From the NCBI GenBank assembly GCA_964396165.1, contig CAYNEF010000006.1, positions 3,505-67,504 of the forward strand: a stretch of 64,000 nt of DNA, read 5' to 3'. Shown in pieces: positions 56,880-64,000 of this stretch; position 1 is the first letter of the stretch; every line of letters begins with the position of its first letter. The notes under the pieces are model-generated. The model worked only from the letters and a program-made list of their open reading frames with translations. It ran no database searches and was not told the origin of the DNA. The position numbers were made by a program, and so were the translations under genes. This DNA comes from an uncultured Pseudobdellovibrionaceae bacterium (GTDB lineage Bacteria; Bdellovibrionota; FAC87; UBA2466).

Positions 56880-57137
56880 ATGAAACATGCAATCTACACC
56901 TTGTCTTTAGGGCTTTTAATCCTCTCTGCTTGTGGAAAACAAGAGAGCGCAAAGAGCCGTTCCATCGTAGCACCTAGTGCAGTTGCAAGTGCCTGCTCAC
57001 TCCATGCAGTAGGGGAAAGTTTCGCTGCAGAAGATGGTTGCAATACCTGCTCTTGCAGAAGCAATGGCGCCATGATGTGCACCCAGATTGCTTGCTCTTC
57101 CGACTCTCTCACTATGCAAGCTGGAATCATCCGCTAA
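56880..57137 (+). CDS. small lipoprotein with pacifastin-like six-cysteine domain (putative serine-protease inhibitor)
   Basis: Start set at MKHAIYTLSLGLLILSAC lipobox; the mature part contains C-x14-C-N-T-C-S-C-RSN-G-AMM-C-T-QIA-C. Confidence 0.55.
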   Translation: MKHAIYTLSLGLLILSACGKQESAKSRSIVAPSAVASACSLHAVGESFAAEDGCNTCSCRSNGAMMCTQIACSSDSLTMQAGIIR

Positions 57138-57176
57138 ATTTTCCAATCTTACTTCTTTCGCGTATAGTGTTGTCTA

Positions 57177-58409
57177 ATGACACAGACGGCATCTTCGAAA
57201 CGCACACTTCTTATTGTTTTTTTCACTGTTTTTTTAGATCTCATCGGTTTTGGAATTATTATTCCTATACAACCATTTTTTGCTGAAAAATTAGGCGCTG
57301 CACCCCGTGTGATTACCCTTCTGGGTGCTTCCTTTTCCTTGATGCAATTTCTTTTCGCGCATTTTTGGGGAAGACTTTCTGATCGTGTAGGACGTAAACC
57401 CGTCATGTTGATTAGCATCGCTACAACCGCAATTGGATACGGCTTATTCGGACTTGCTCAAACCTTACCCATGCTTTTTGCTGCACGGATGCTGGCTGGT
57501 TTTGGCGGAGCCAATATCGGAGCCGCGCAAGCAATCATTGCAGACTCTACGGACGGTAAAAACCGCGCAAAAGGAATGGGATTGATTGGTGCCGCCTTTG
57601 GACTTGGATTTATTTTTGGCCCCGCGCTTGGAGGACTCTTCGGGCAATTTGGATTATCAGCGCCCGCTTTTGCTGCAGCTTTTCTTTCTTCTTTAAACTG
57701 GATCTTTGCGCTGTTTTATTTGCCGGAAACAAATTTGCCGGAAAACCGCGGGAAGTCCAAATCCGCTTCACACGGTTTTTCGTTAGCGGCACTAAAACAT
57801 GCTGCACGCCATATCAATGTCCCACAAATATTTATGGTGTATCTCATCTACTCGATTGCTTTTTCGATGATGGAGCAGGGCATAGGCTTATTTATCGCGC
57901 ATACTTGGGTAGAAACAGTAATGAATATCGGTGCCGAGTTGCACGCGAAAAAAGCGGCAGCTCTTACAAGCTACATGCTGATCATCGTCGGAGTCACGGC
58001 GACGATCGTGCAAGGTGGGCTCATTGGAAAACTTGCCAAGAGGTTTCAAGAAAGAAAGCTACTGGCAACAGGTCTAGTTTTGATTACGCTGACTTTCTTC
58101 TTTCTGCCTTTTATCGGGATGAGTAAAATTTATGGTCTTCTTTTACTCAATTCTGTTTTCATGGCTTTTGGTACAGGTCTTACCAATCCCTCTTTATCGA
58201 GTCTGCTTTCTCAATCTGTGGATCCGGGAGAACAGGGTGGAGCATTGGGGATCGGCCAATCTCTCGCTGGATTAGGCAGAGTCATCGGGCCTTCGATGAG
58301 CGGTGCTCTTTTTGAACTATACGCCGGCGCTCCCTTTTGGGTTGGTGCGTTGGTTATGGCTATCGGAGTAGGGGTAGCTCTGACCATCAAGGCTAAACCA
58401 GCATCCTAA
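57177..58409 (+). CDS. MFS transporter (TCR/Tet-like drug:H+ antiporter family)
   Basis: 410 aa, 12 TM; GRLSDRVGRKPVM motif A between TM2 and TM3. Confidence 0.8.
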   Translation: MTQTASSKRTLLIVFFTVFLDLIGFGIIIPIQPFFAEKLGAAPRVITLLGASFSLMQFLFAHFWGRLSDRVGRKPVMLISIATTAIGYGLFGLAQTLPMLFAARMLAGFGGANIGAAQAIIADSTDGKNRAKGMGLIGAAFGLGFIFGPALGGLFGQFGLSAPAFAAAFLSSLNWIFALFYLPETNLPENRGKSKSASHGFSLAALKHAARHINVPQIFMVYLIYSIAFSMMEQGIGLFIAHTWVETVMNIGAELHAKKAAALTSYMLIIVGVTATIVQGGLIGKLAKRFQERKLLATGLVLITLTFFFLPFIGMSKIYGLLLLNSVFMAFGTGLTNPSLSSLLSQSVDPGEQGGALGIGQSLAGLGRVIGPSMSGALFELYAGAPFWVGALVMAIGVGVALTIKAKPAS

Positions 58410-58476
58410 CACAATCCTGACATGAATTTTTCCTCCAAACAGCTATAAAAAGGCTGCAACTTAACGGAGGATCCTA

Positions 58477-59505
58477 ATGCGAAATCTGCTTCTAGCAATC
58501 TTAACAATTTTATCCCTACAAACAGTCCATGCCCAAACACTGGTAAACGGTGCGGGTGCGACTTTCCCTTTTCCCCTATATTCAAAATGGTTTTCTGATT
58601 ACCAAAAATTAAAGCCAGATGTCGCAATCAATTACCAGTCTATTGGAAGCGGCGGCGGAATCAGACAGTTCTTAGATAACACCGTAGACTTCGGAGCTTC
58701 AGATGCGCCGATGAATGAAGAACAATTGGGAAAAGCCAAAGAGAAAAAAATTGAAGCACTTCATATTCCCACTACATTAGGTGCGGTAGTTTTAAGCTAC
58801 AACATCAGTGGCGTTGATTCCGGTTTAAAGCTCACAGGCGAAATCGTTGCAGAAATTTTCTTAGGCACAATTAAAAAATGGGATGACGCTAAAATTACTG
58901 CGTTAAACCCAGGTAAAAAATTAACGGGAGAAATTGTAGTCGCCCACCGTTCAGACGGTAGCGGTACTTCAGCCGTATTCACAGACTATCTTGCTAAAGT
59001 AAGTCCTGCCTGGAAAGAAAAAGTAGGAGCAGGTACAGCCGTCAATTGGCCAGTGGGACTTGGCGGAAAAGGAAACGAAGGCGTGGCAGGGTTAATCAAG
59101 CAGACGCCAGGCTCTATCGGATACATCGAATACATTTATGCAGAAAGCAATAAATTGCCTTACGCTGCTTTAAAGAACAAAGCCGGCAATTTCGTATTGC
59201 CTACTACTAAAGCGGTAACTGCCGCTGCGGATGCGACAATTAAGTCAGTTCCCGAAGATTTCAGAGTATCCATTACAAATGCAGATGGAAAAGAGAGCTA
59301 TCCTGTCAGCAGTTACACCTATCTTTTGGTAAGTAAAACCCAAAATGATGCTGTAAAAGGCAAGATCATTGTCGATTTTTTGAAGTGGGCTATGAAAGAC
59401 GGTCAGAATTCTGCGGAAGCGCTGATGTATTCCCGTCTTCCCAAAAGCTTGATTGTCAAAATCGAAGCTAAAATCAATACAATTGAAGTGAAAAAACAAT
59501 TGTAG
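58477..59505 (+). CDS. pstS: phosphate ABC transporter substrate-binding protein
   Basis: 342 aa; signal peptide; GAGATFPFPLYSKW, SIGSGGGI, GASDAP, RSDGSGTS. Confidence 0.92.
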   Translation: MRNLLLAILTILSLQTVHAQTLVNGAGATFPFPLYSKWFSDYQKLKPDVAINYQSIGSGGGIRQFLDNTVDFGASDAPMNEEQLGKAKEKKIEALHIPTTLGAVVLSYNISGVDSGLKLTGEIVAEIFLGTIKKWDDAKITALNPGKKLTGEIVVAHRSDGSGTSAVFTDYLAKVSPAWKEKVGAGTAVNWPVGLGGKGNEGVAGLIKQTPGSIGYIEYIYAESNKLPYAALKNKAGNFVLPTTKAVTAAADATIKSVPEDFRVSITNADGKESYPVSSYTYLLVSKTQNDAVKGKIIVDFLKWAMKDGQNSAEALMYSRLPKSLIVKIEAKINTIEVKKQL

Positions 59506-59528
59506 TTTTGGAAGAGAGGGGTAATCCC

Positions 59529-60554
59529 ATGAATGTTCTTCAGTACTCTGGTAAAGAATCGCTGAAGATTCGGGTACAGCGAAATTCTACCCGGATAAGT
59601 TTTTGGGAGTACCCTATTTTAAAACAACTGCTACAATTCTCTCGAATGAGAATCGGAGATAAGATATTTTTCGGCCTGGCAAGATTTGCCGGGCTGTCTA
59701 TTATAGTGCTTTTGCTTTTGATTGTTACTTACCTGTCTTTTGCCAGTCTTGCCTCCATCAAAACTTTTGGATTTGAGTTTTTAACAAGCAGCGTTTGGGA
59801 TCCGGTGAGAGAAGTCTTTGGAGCCTTGCCGGTAATTTACGGAACTTTAGTAACGTCCTTTCTTGCACTGCTTTTTGCGGGACCCCTGGGAATTGGAATT
59901 GCGCTTTTTTTAAACGAACTGGCGCCAAAAAAAGTAGCAACGATAGCGGGCTTTTTAATTGAAATGCTAGCGGCAATACCAAGTGTAGTGTTTGGTCTGT
60001 GGGGGATTTTTGTTCTTGCACCCTGGTTTCGTGAGAGCATACAGCCTTGGATTATCGAACGTTTTGGTTTTATCCCGTTTTTCGCGGGACCTGCTTACGG
60101 AGTAGGTCTTCTCACTTCAGGAATTATTCTTGCTATCATGATTCTTCCGACGATTTCTTCCATTGCGCGTGAAATTTTCAGGACGATTCCCATTCACCAA
60201 AGAGAAGCGTCATTAGCATTGGGCGCTACCAAGTGGGAAACGATGAAGATTTCCGTTTTAAAGGCTTCAAAGAACGGCATCATTGGTGCTTTATTTTTGG
60301 GCTTGGGTAGAGCTCTCGGCGAAACGATGGCCGTGACTATGCTCATCGGAAACCGCGCACAGATTCACCCGTCACTTTTTTCACCTGGGCAAACGATGGC
60401 AAGTGTAATTGCCAATGAATATGCGGAAGCAACAAGTGATTTGCATATGTCTGCGCTTGCAGAAGTCGGTTTGGTCTTGTTCGGTGTAACCTTTATTATT
60501 AATTTCGCTGCACGCATCTTGATTTACAAGATGAAAAAGCCAGGTGCAGCATGA
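59529..60554 (+). CDS. pstC: phosphate ABC transporter permease PstC
   Basis: 6 TM; EAA-like loop REASLALGATKWET; start set to ATG 59529 (AGAGGGG RBS) instead of TTG 59508. Confidence 0.88.
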   Translation: MNVLQYSGKESLKIRVQRNSTRISFWEYPILKQLLQFSRMRIGDKIFFGLARFAGLSIIVLLLLIVTYLSFASLASIKTFGFEFLTSSVWDPVREVFGALPVIYGTLVTSFLALLFAGPLGIGIALFLNELAPKKVATIAGFLIEMLAAIPSVVFGLWGIFVLAPWFRESIQPWIIERFGFIPFFAGPAYGVGLLTSGIILAIMILPTISSIAREIFRTIPIHQREASLALGATKWETMKISVLKASKNGIIGALFLGLGRALGETMAVTMLIGNRAQIHPSLFSPGQTMASVIANEYAEATSDLHMSALAEVGLVLFGVTFIINFAARILIYKMKKPGAA

Positions 60555-61426
60555 AAAAATCCGCTTTATTTATTTTTGCAGAAAAAAGATACGGCAAAAG
60601 AAAAGCAAAAAACGTCTTCTTTTTAGGAACTCTCTATTTTTCAGCGACATTGGCTGTACTTTTTTTGGGAACCATTTTTGGTTATGTTGTAATGAAAGGC
60701 ATTCCTGGAATTCATCTGACTTTTTTGACGGAGCTTCCAAAACCTGTAGGTGAACCCGGTGGCGGTATGGCGAATGCACTTTGGGGTTCATTCGAATTGG
60801 TACTATTTGCTTCCATACTGGGAATTTTGTGGGGTGTGATGGTAGGCGTGTATCTTTCGGAATATGGCAGAGATCGTTTCGCTTCCTCCGTACGCTTTGC
60901 AACTGAACTACTTTCGAGTGTTCCTTCCATTGTAATTGGTGTTTTTGTGTACGTTGTTTTAGTACGTCCCTTAAAAACATTTTCGACTTTGGCAGGGTCC
61001 GTTGCACTAGCGATTTTGATGGTTCCTACTATTGCCAGAACGACAGAAGAAATTTTAAAAATGATGCCTGTACTTTACCGAGAAGCGGGTCTCGCGCTTG
61101 GTATTCCTCGTTGGAAAGTAATTTTAAAAATCGTAGTTCAAGGGTCCCTTCCTGGGATTGCAACGGGCGTAATACTCGCGATAGCAAGAGCAGCGGGAGA
61201 GACAGCACCGTTACTCTTTACAGCTTTGAACAACAGATTCTGGCAGTACAGTCTTTTCGAACCCATCGCTTCTCTTCCGGTACAAATTTATACTTATGCG
61301 ATTTCTCCTTTTGAAGAATGGCATACTCAAGCCTGGGCAGGCGCGATGTTACTAGTCTTTCTCGTTTTTATTTTAAATCTGACTACCCGCATTCTGATCG
61401 GGAGAAGAGGAAGAACAAGTGCTTGA
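60551..61426 (+). CDS. pstA: phosphate ABC transporter permease PstA
   Basis: 291 aa; [18 protein letters not shown] loop; ATGA overlap with pstC. Confidence 0.9.
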   Translation: MKKSALFIFAEKRYGKRKAKNVFFLGTLYFSATLAVLFLGTIFGYVVMKGIPGIHLTFLTELPKPVGEPGGGMANALWGSFELVLFASILGILWGVMVGVYLSEYGRDRFASSVRFATELLSSVPSIVIGVFVYVVLVRPLKTFSTLAGSVALAILMVPTIARTTEEILKMMPVLYREAGLALGIPRWKVILKIVVQGSLPGIATGVILAIARAAGETAPLLFTALNNRFWQYSLFEPIASLPVQIYTYAISPFEEWHTQAWAGAMLLVFLVFILNLTTRILIGRRGRTSA

Positions 61427-62186
61427 GCAAGAATTAGTATTGGATGTGAAAAAGCTAAAAGCATTTTTCAATGAAAATGAGGCTGTGCACGGAGTGGATA
61501 TGAAAATCTACTCCAATTCCATTACGGCGATCATCGGGCCCTCTGGCTGTGGAAAATCTACTTTCATCCGTTGTCTCAATAGACTCCACGAAGAAGTGCC
61601 AGGAGCAAGAGCCGAGGGTAAAATTGAATTAAGAGGACAGGATATTTACGCGAGAGAAATTGATCCTGTCATGATCCGAAGACAAATTGGGATGGTTTTT
61701 CAAAAGCCAAACCCCTTTCCCGGGATGACGATTTTTGAGAATGTAGTGGCCGGTTTAAAACTTGCTGGCATTAAAAAGAAAAGCTTTTTAGAAGATATGG
61801 CGGAACGTAGCCTTACTCACGCAGCCCTATGGGATGAGGTGAAAGACAAATTGCACATGCAAGCTACTTCCCTGTCGGGTGGGCAGCAGCAGCGTCTTTG
61901 TATTGCGCGCACACTTGCGATTGATCCGCCTGTTCTTTTAATGGACGAGCCTACTAGTGCCTTAGATCCGATCTCGACCGCGAAGATTGAAGAACTCATG
62001 CTTAATTTAAAAAAACATGTAACGATTGTGATAGTAACGCACAATATGCAGCAAGCAGCACGCGTTTCAGATTACACGGCTTTCTTTTTGCTTGGTGACC
62101 TCGTAGAATTTGGTGAGACATCAAAAATATTTACTATGCCTACAGATAAGCGTACGGAACAATACGTAACGGGGAAATTCGGTTGA
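61419..62186 (+). CDS. pstB: phosphate ABC transporter ATP-binding protein
   Basis: 255 aa; Walker [10 protein letters not shown], signature LSGGQQQRL, Walker [12 protein letters not shown]. Confidence 0.95.
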   Translation: MLEQELVLDVKKLKAFFNENEAVHGVDMKIYSNSITAIIGPSGCGKSTFIRCLNRLHEEVPGARAEGKIELRGQDIYAREIDPVMIRRQIGMVFQKPNPFPGMTIFENVVAGLKLAGIKKKSFLEDMAERSLTHAALWDEVKDKLHMQATSLSGGQQQRLCIARTLAIDPPVLLMDEPTSALDPISTAKIEELMLNLKKHVTIVIVTHNMQQAARVSDYTAFFLLGDLVEFGETSKIFTMPTDKRTEQYVTGKFG

Positions 62187-62881
62187 ACCAAAACAGACTA
62201 GATAATGGACTTACGAAATTGACAGAACTTTTAGTTCTGATGTCCGCTTTTGTCGAAGAAGCAGTGAATTATTCCATTTTAGCTTGGCGAGAGCGTGAAG
62301 CAAAGCTTGTAGAAAAAGTGCACCAGATTGAAATTCAGGTAAATGAAAACCATAAGCGTATCGATGCAGAGTGTTTAAAGTTATTTCCTATCGCACCTCT
62401 TGCTACTGACTTACGTTTTTTACTTGCAGCAGTCAAAATCAATACTGATTTGGAACGCATGGTAGATCAGGCTGTGAATATCGCAGAGACTGCAAATTAT
62501 TATCTTAAATTTCCAGCTCTTCCGCACCAAAATGCACTGTGTGAAATGGCAGACGACGTGCAGTTTATGGTGCGAGAGGCAATTGAGAGTTTCATCAAGG
62601 GCGACGGGCTTCTTGCTACAAATGTATTAAGATGTGACGACAAAGTTGATAATCTTAAAGATAAAATATTCAGAGATATCATTACTCATATCACTGCCAA
62701 CCCTAAAGATGCGGAGCAAGGGCTAAACGTCATACTCATTGCTAGAAATTTGGAACGCATCGGAGATCACGCAACCAATATAGCTGAAGACGTGATTTTT
62801 ACGATTTCGGGCGAAGATATCCGGCACACAGGAAAAAAAGCATTCCTTAGCAAGGGAGATAAAAATGAAAAGCAACAGTAA
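62183..62881 (+). CDS. phoU: phosphate signalling accessory protein PhoU
   Basis: 232 aa; two PhoU repeats with [14 protein letters not shown] and [16 protein letters not shown]; TTG start. Confidence 0.88.
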   Translation: MNQNRLDNGLTKLTELLVLMSAFVEEAVNYSILAWREREAKLVEKVHQIEIQVNENHKRIDAECLKLFPIAPLATDLRFLLAAVKINTDLERMVDQAVNIAETANYYLKFPALPHQNALCEMADDVQFMVREAIESFIKGDGLLATNVLRCDDKVDNLKDKIFRDIITHITANPKDAEQGLNVILIARNLERIGDHATNIAEDVIFTISGEDIRHTGKKAFLSKGDKNEKQQ

Positions 62882-63560
62882 GATACTCATTGTCGAAGAC
62901 GAATCTGATATTGCAGAACTCATGTGTTTGCATTTAAAGCGCGAGGGACTTGATGTAGATCATGTGGAGAATGGGGAAGAAGCCCTGAAAAAGATGCAGA
63001 CAACCCAATACCAGCTGCTCATTTTAGATTGGATGTTGCCGGGAATTTCAGGACTCGAGCTTTGCAAAAAACTAAGAGCTGAGAAAAAGGTAAAACCACT
63101 TACTCCTATTTTAATGGTCACTGCTCGTGCGCAAACATCAGATATCGTCTTGGGGCTTGAAGTAGGTGCAGATGACTATCTCACTAAGCCTTTTGAGATC
63201 CCTGAGATGCTTGCCCGTGTGCGTGCGCTGCTAAGACGATCAAGCTTATTAGCCGAACCCGATACCGACAGAATTCAAATCGGACAATTGCTTTTAGACG
63301 CGGAAAAACACGAAGTGCGTTGCGCGAAGATTGAAGTTTCGCTCACCCCTTCTGAGTTTAAACTCTTACACGCCCTGATGAAAAACTCAGGCAGAGTACT
63401 CACACGTGAAAGGTTGATAGAACTTGTGCAAGGAGAAGGTGTTTCAGTGGTCGATAGGGCAATTGATACGCATGTTTTTGGCTTAAGAAAAAAACTGGGT
63501 GCTTGCGGTGATTTGGTTGAAACCATCCGTGGTGTCGGCTATCGTGTGAATTACGAGTAA
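62865..63560 (+). CDS. phoB: OmpR-family response regulator PhoB
   Basis: 231 aa; receiver ILIVEDE...LLILDWMLPG...KP; winged-helix IETIRGVGYR; gene context. Confidence 0.85.
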   Translation: MKSNSKILIVEDESDIAELMCLHLKREGLDVDHVENGEEALKKMQTTQYQLLILDWMLPGISGLELCKKLRAEKKVKPLTPILMVTARAQTSDIVLGLEVGADDYLTKPFEIPEMLARVRALLRRSSLLAEPDTDRIQIGQLLLDAEKHEVRCAKIEVSLTPSEFKLLHALMKNSGRVLTRERLIELVQGEGVSVVDRAIDTHVFGLRKKLGACGDLVETIRGVGYRVNYE

Positions 63561-63563
63561 AAC

Positions 63564-64000
63564 TTGCAGAACAGCCCTAGTAAATTTCCATGGAAAATCT
63601 TTTTAAGAGTTGCTGTACTTCAAGTGCTGTCACTTTGTATTTTTCTTTTGCTCTTTAATTATTCCCAAACAAATGTGTGGTGGTGTCTTACCGCCTTTAT
63701 CGTTATCAGCGCTCTTGCGATTGCGTATGACACGTCAAAACCATTACAAAGAGTCATTGAGCAGATCCAGGTAAAAAGCTGGCCGATGGAACAACTCTCT
63801 AGCGAGGCCTATGGCGAGTGGTCAGAGCTCGAATCGAATGTTCAGGGGATTAAAAAGAAACTTGAAAATACTTCACAAAACCTCACGATGGAGCAGATTG
63901 AGTTAGATACTCTGCTGGGCGCTATCTCGGATGCTGTATTGGCAGTCGATATGGAAGAGACGCCGCTCTTTTATAACTCTCGACTGGAAATGATTTTGGA
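63564..64000 (+). CDS. phoR: phosphate regulon sensor histidine kinase PhoR, N-terminal fragment (runs off window)
   Basis: My own translation from TTG 63564: LQNSPSKFPWKIFLRVAVLQVLSLCIFLLLFNYSQTNVWWCLTAFIVISALAIAY (2 TM), then a PAS-like LDTLLGAISDAVLAVDMEETPLFYNSRLE. Start codon uncertain; not in the ORF track because it has no stop. Confidence 0.65.
   Translation, partial: MQNSPSKFPWKIFLRVAVLQVLSLCIFLLLFNYSQTNVWWCLTAFIVISALAIAYDTSKPLQRVIEQIQVKSWPMEQLSSEAYGEWSELESNVQGIKKKLENTSQNLTMEQIELDTLLGAISDAVLAVDMEETPLFYNSRLEMIL

Noticed and set aside
58410-58476. Pho box upstream of pstS
   Set aside because: Only a single CTGACAT half-site-like sequence is present. There is no convincing second CTGTCAT-type repeat at 11-bp phasing, so the evidence is too weak to annotate.
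1-64000. CRISPR arrays, rRNA genes, prophage or integron structures
   Set aside because: I found no regularly spaced direct repeats, no rRNA-like sequence and no integrase, recombinase or phage structural motifs when reading either strand.

Overview
AT-rich (roughly 40% GC by eye, not computed) bacterial chromosomal segment with about 60 protein genes, one tRNA-Gln and no rRNA, CRISPR array or prophage. The housekeeping backbone is rpsL, gltX, thiL, cca, an LPS-heptose pair (GT9 heptosyltransferase plus HldA-type kinase), sthA, gcdH, pip, greB, hemH, queG and a complete contiguous pstSCAB-phoU-phoB-phoR(partial) phosphate cluster. About one third of the CDSs carry Sec or lipoprotein signal peptides. 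Many are hydrolases: an S28 serine peptidase, two M14 carboxypeptidases, a trypsin-like protease, a C11 clostripain-like peptidase, two further His/Cys (clan-CD-like) candidates and a patatin-like lipase. That would fit a predatory or saprophytic lineage such as Bdellovibrio-like organisms, but this taxon guess is low-confidence inference. Five regions deserve a second look. (1) A 2,625-aa signal-peptide protein with no family signature I can recognise, coupled to a lipoprotein that looks like a metal-ligand-less 5'-nucleotidase/metallophosphatase and facing a divergent secreted protein across a 526-bp AT-rich region. (2) A REPtron: an IS200-like HUH/Y1 (RAYT) gene flanked by GC-rich 29-nt REP hairpins, with five copies in the window, one pair forming a 205-bp inverted composite. 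(3) A small lipoprotein matching the arthropod pacifastin (MEROPS I19) six-cysteine signature. (4) A 29-bp perfect inverted repeat in a divergent promoter region. (5) Two tandem 71-aa paralogous small genes of unknown function. All functional calls come from reading motifs in the supplied translations; no database search was run.
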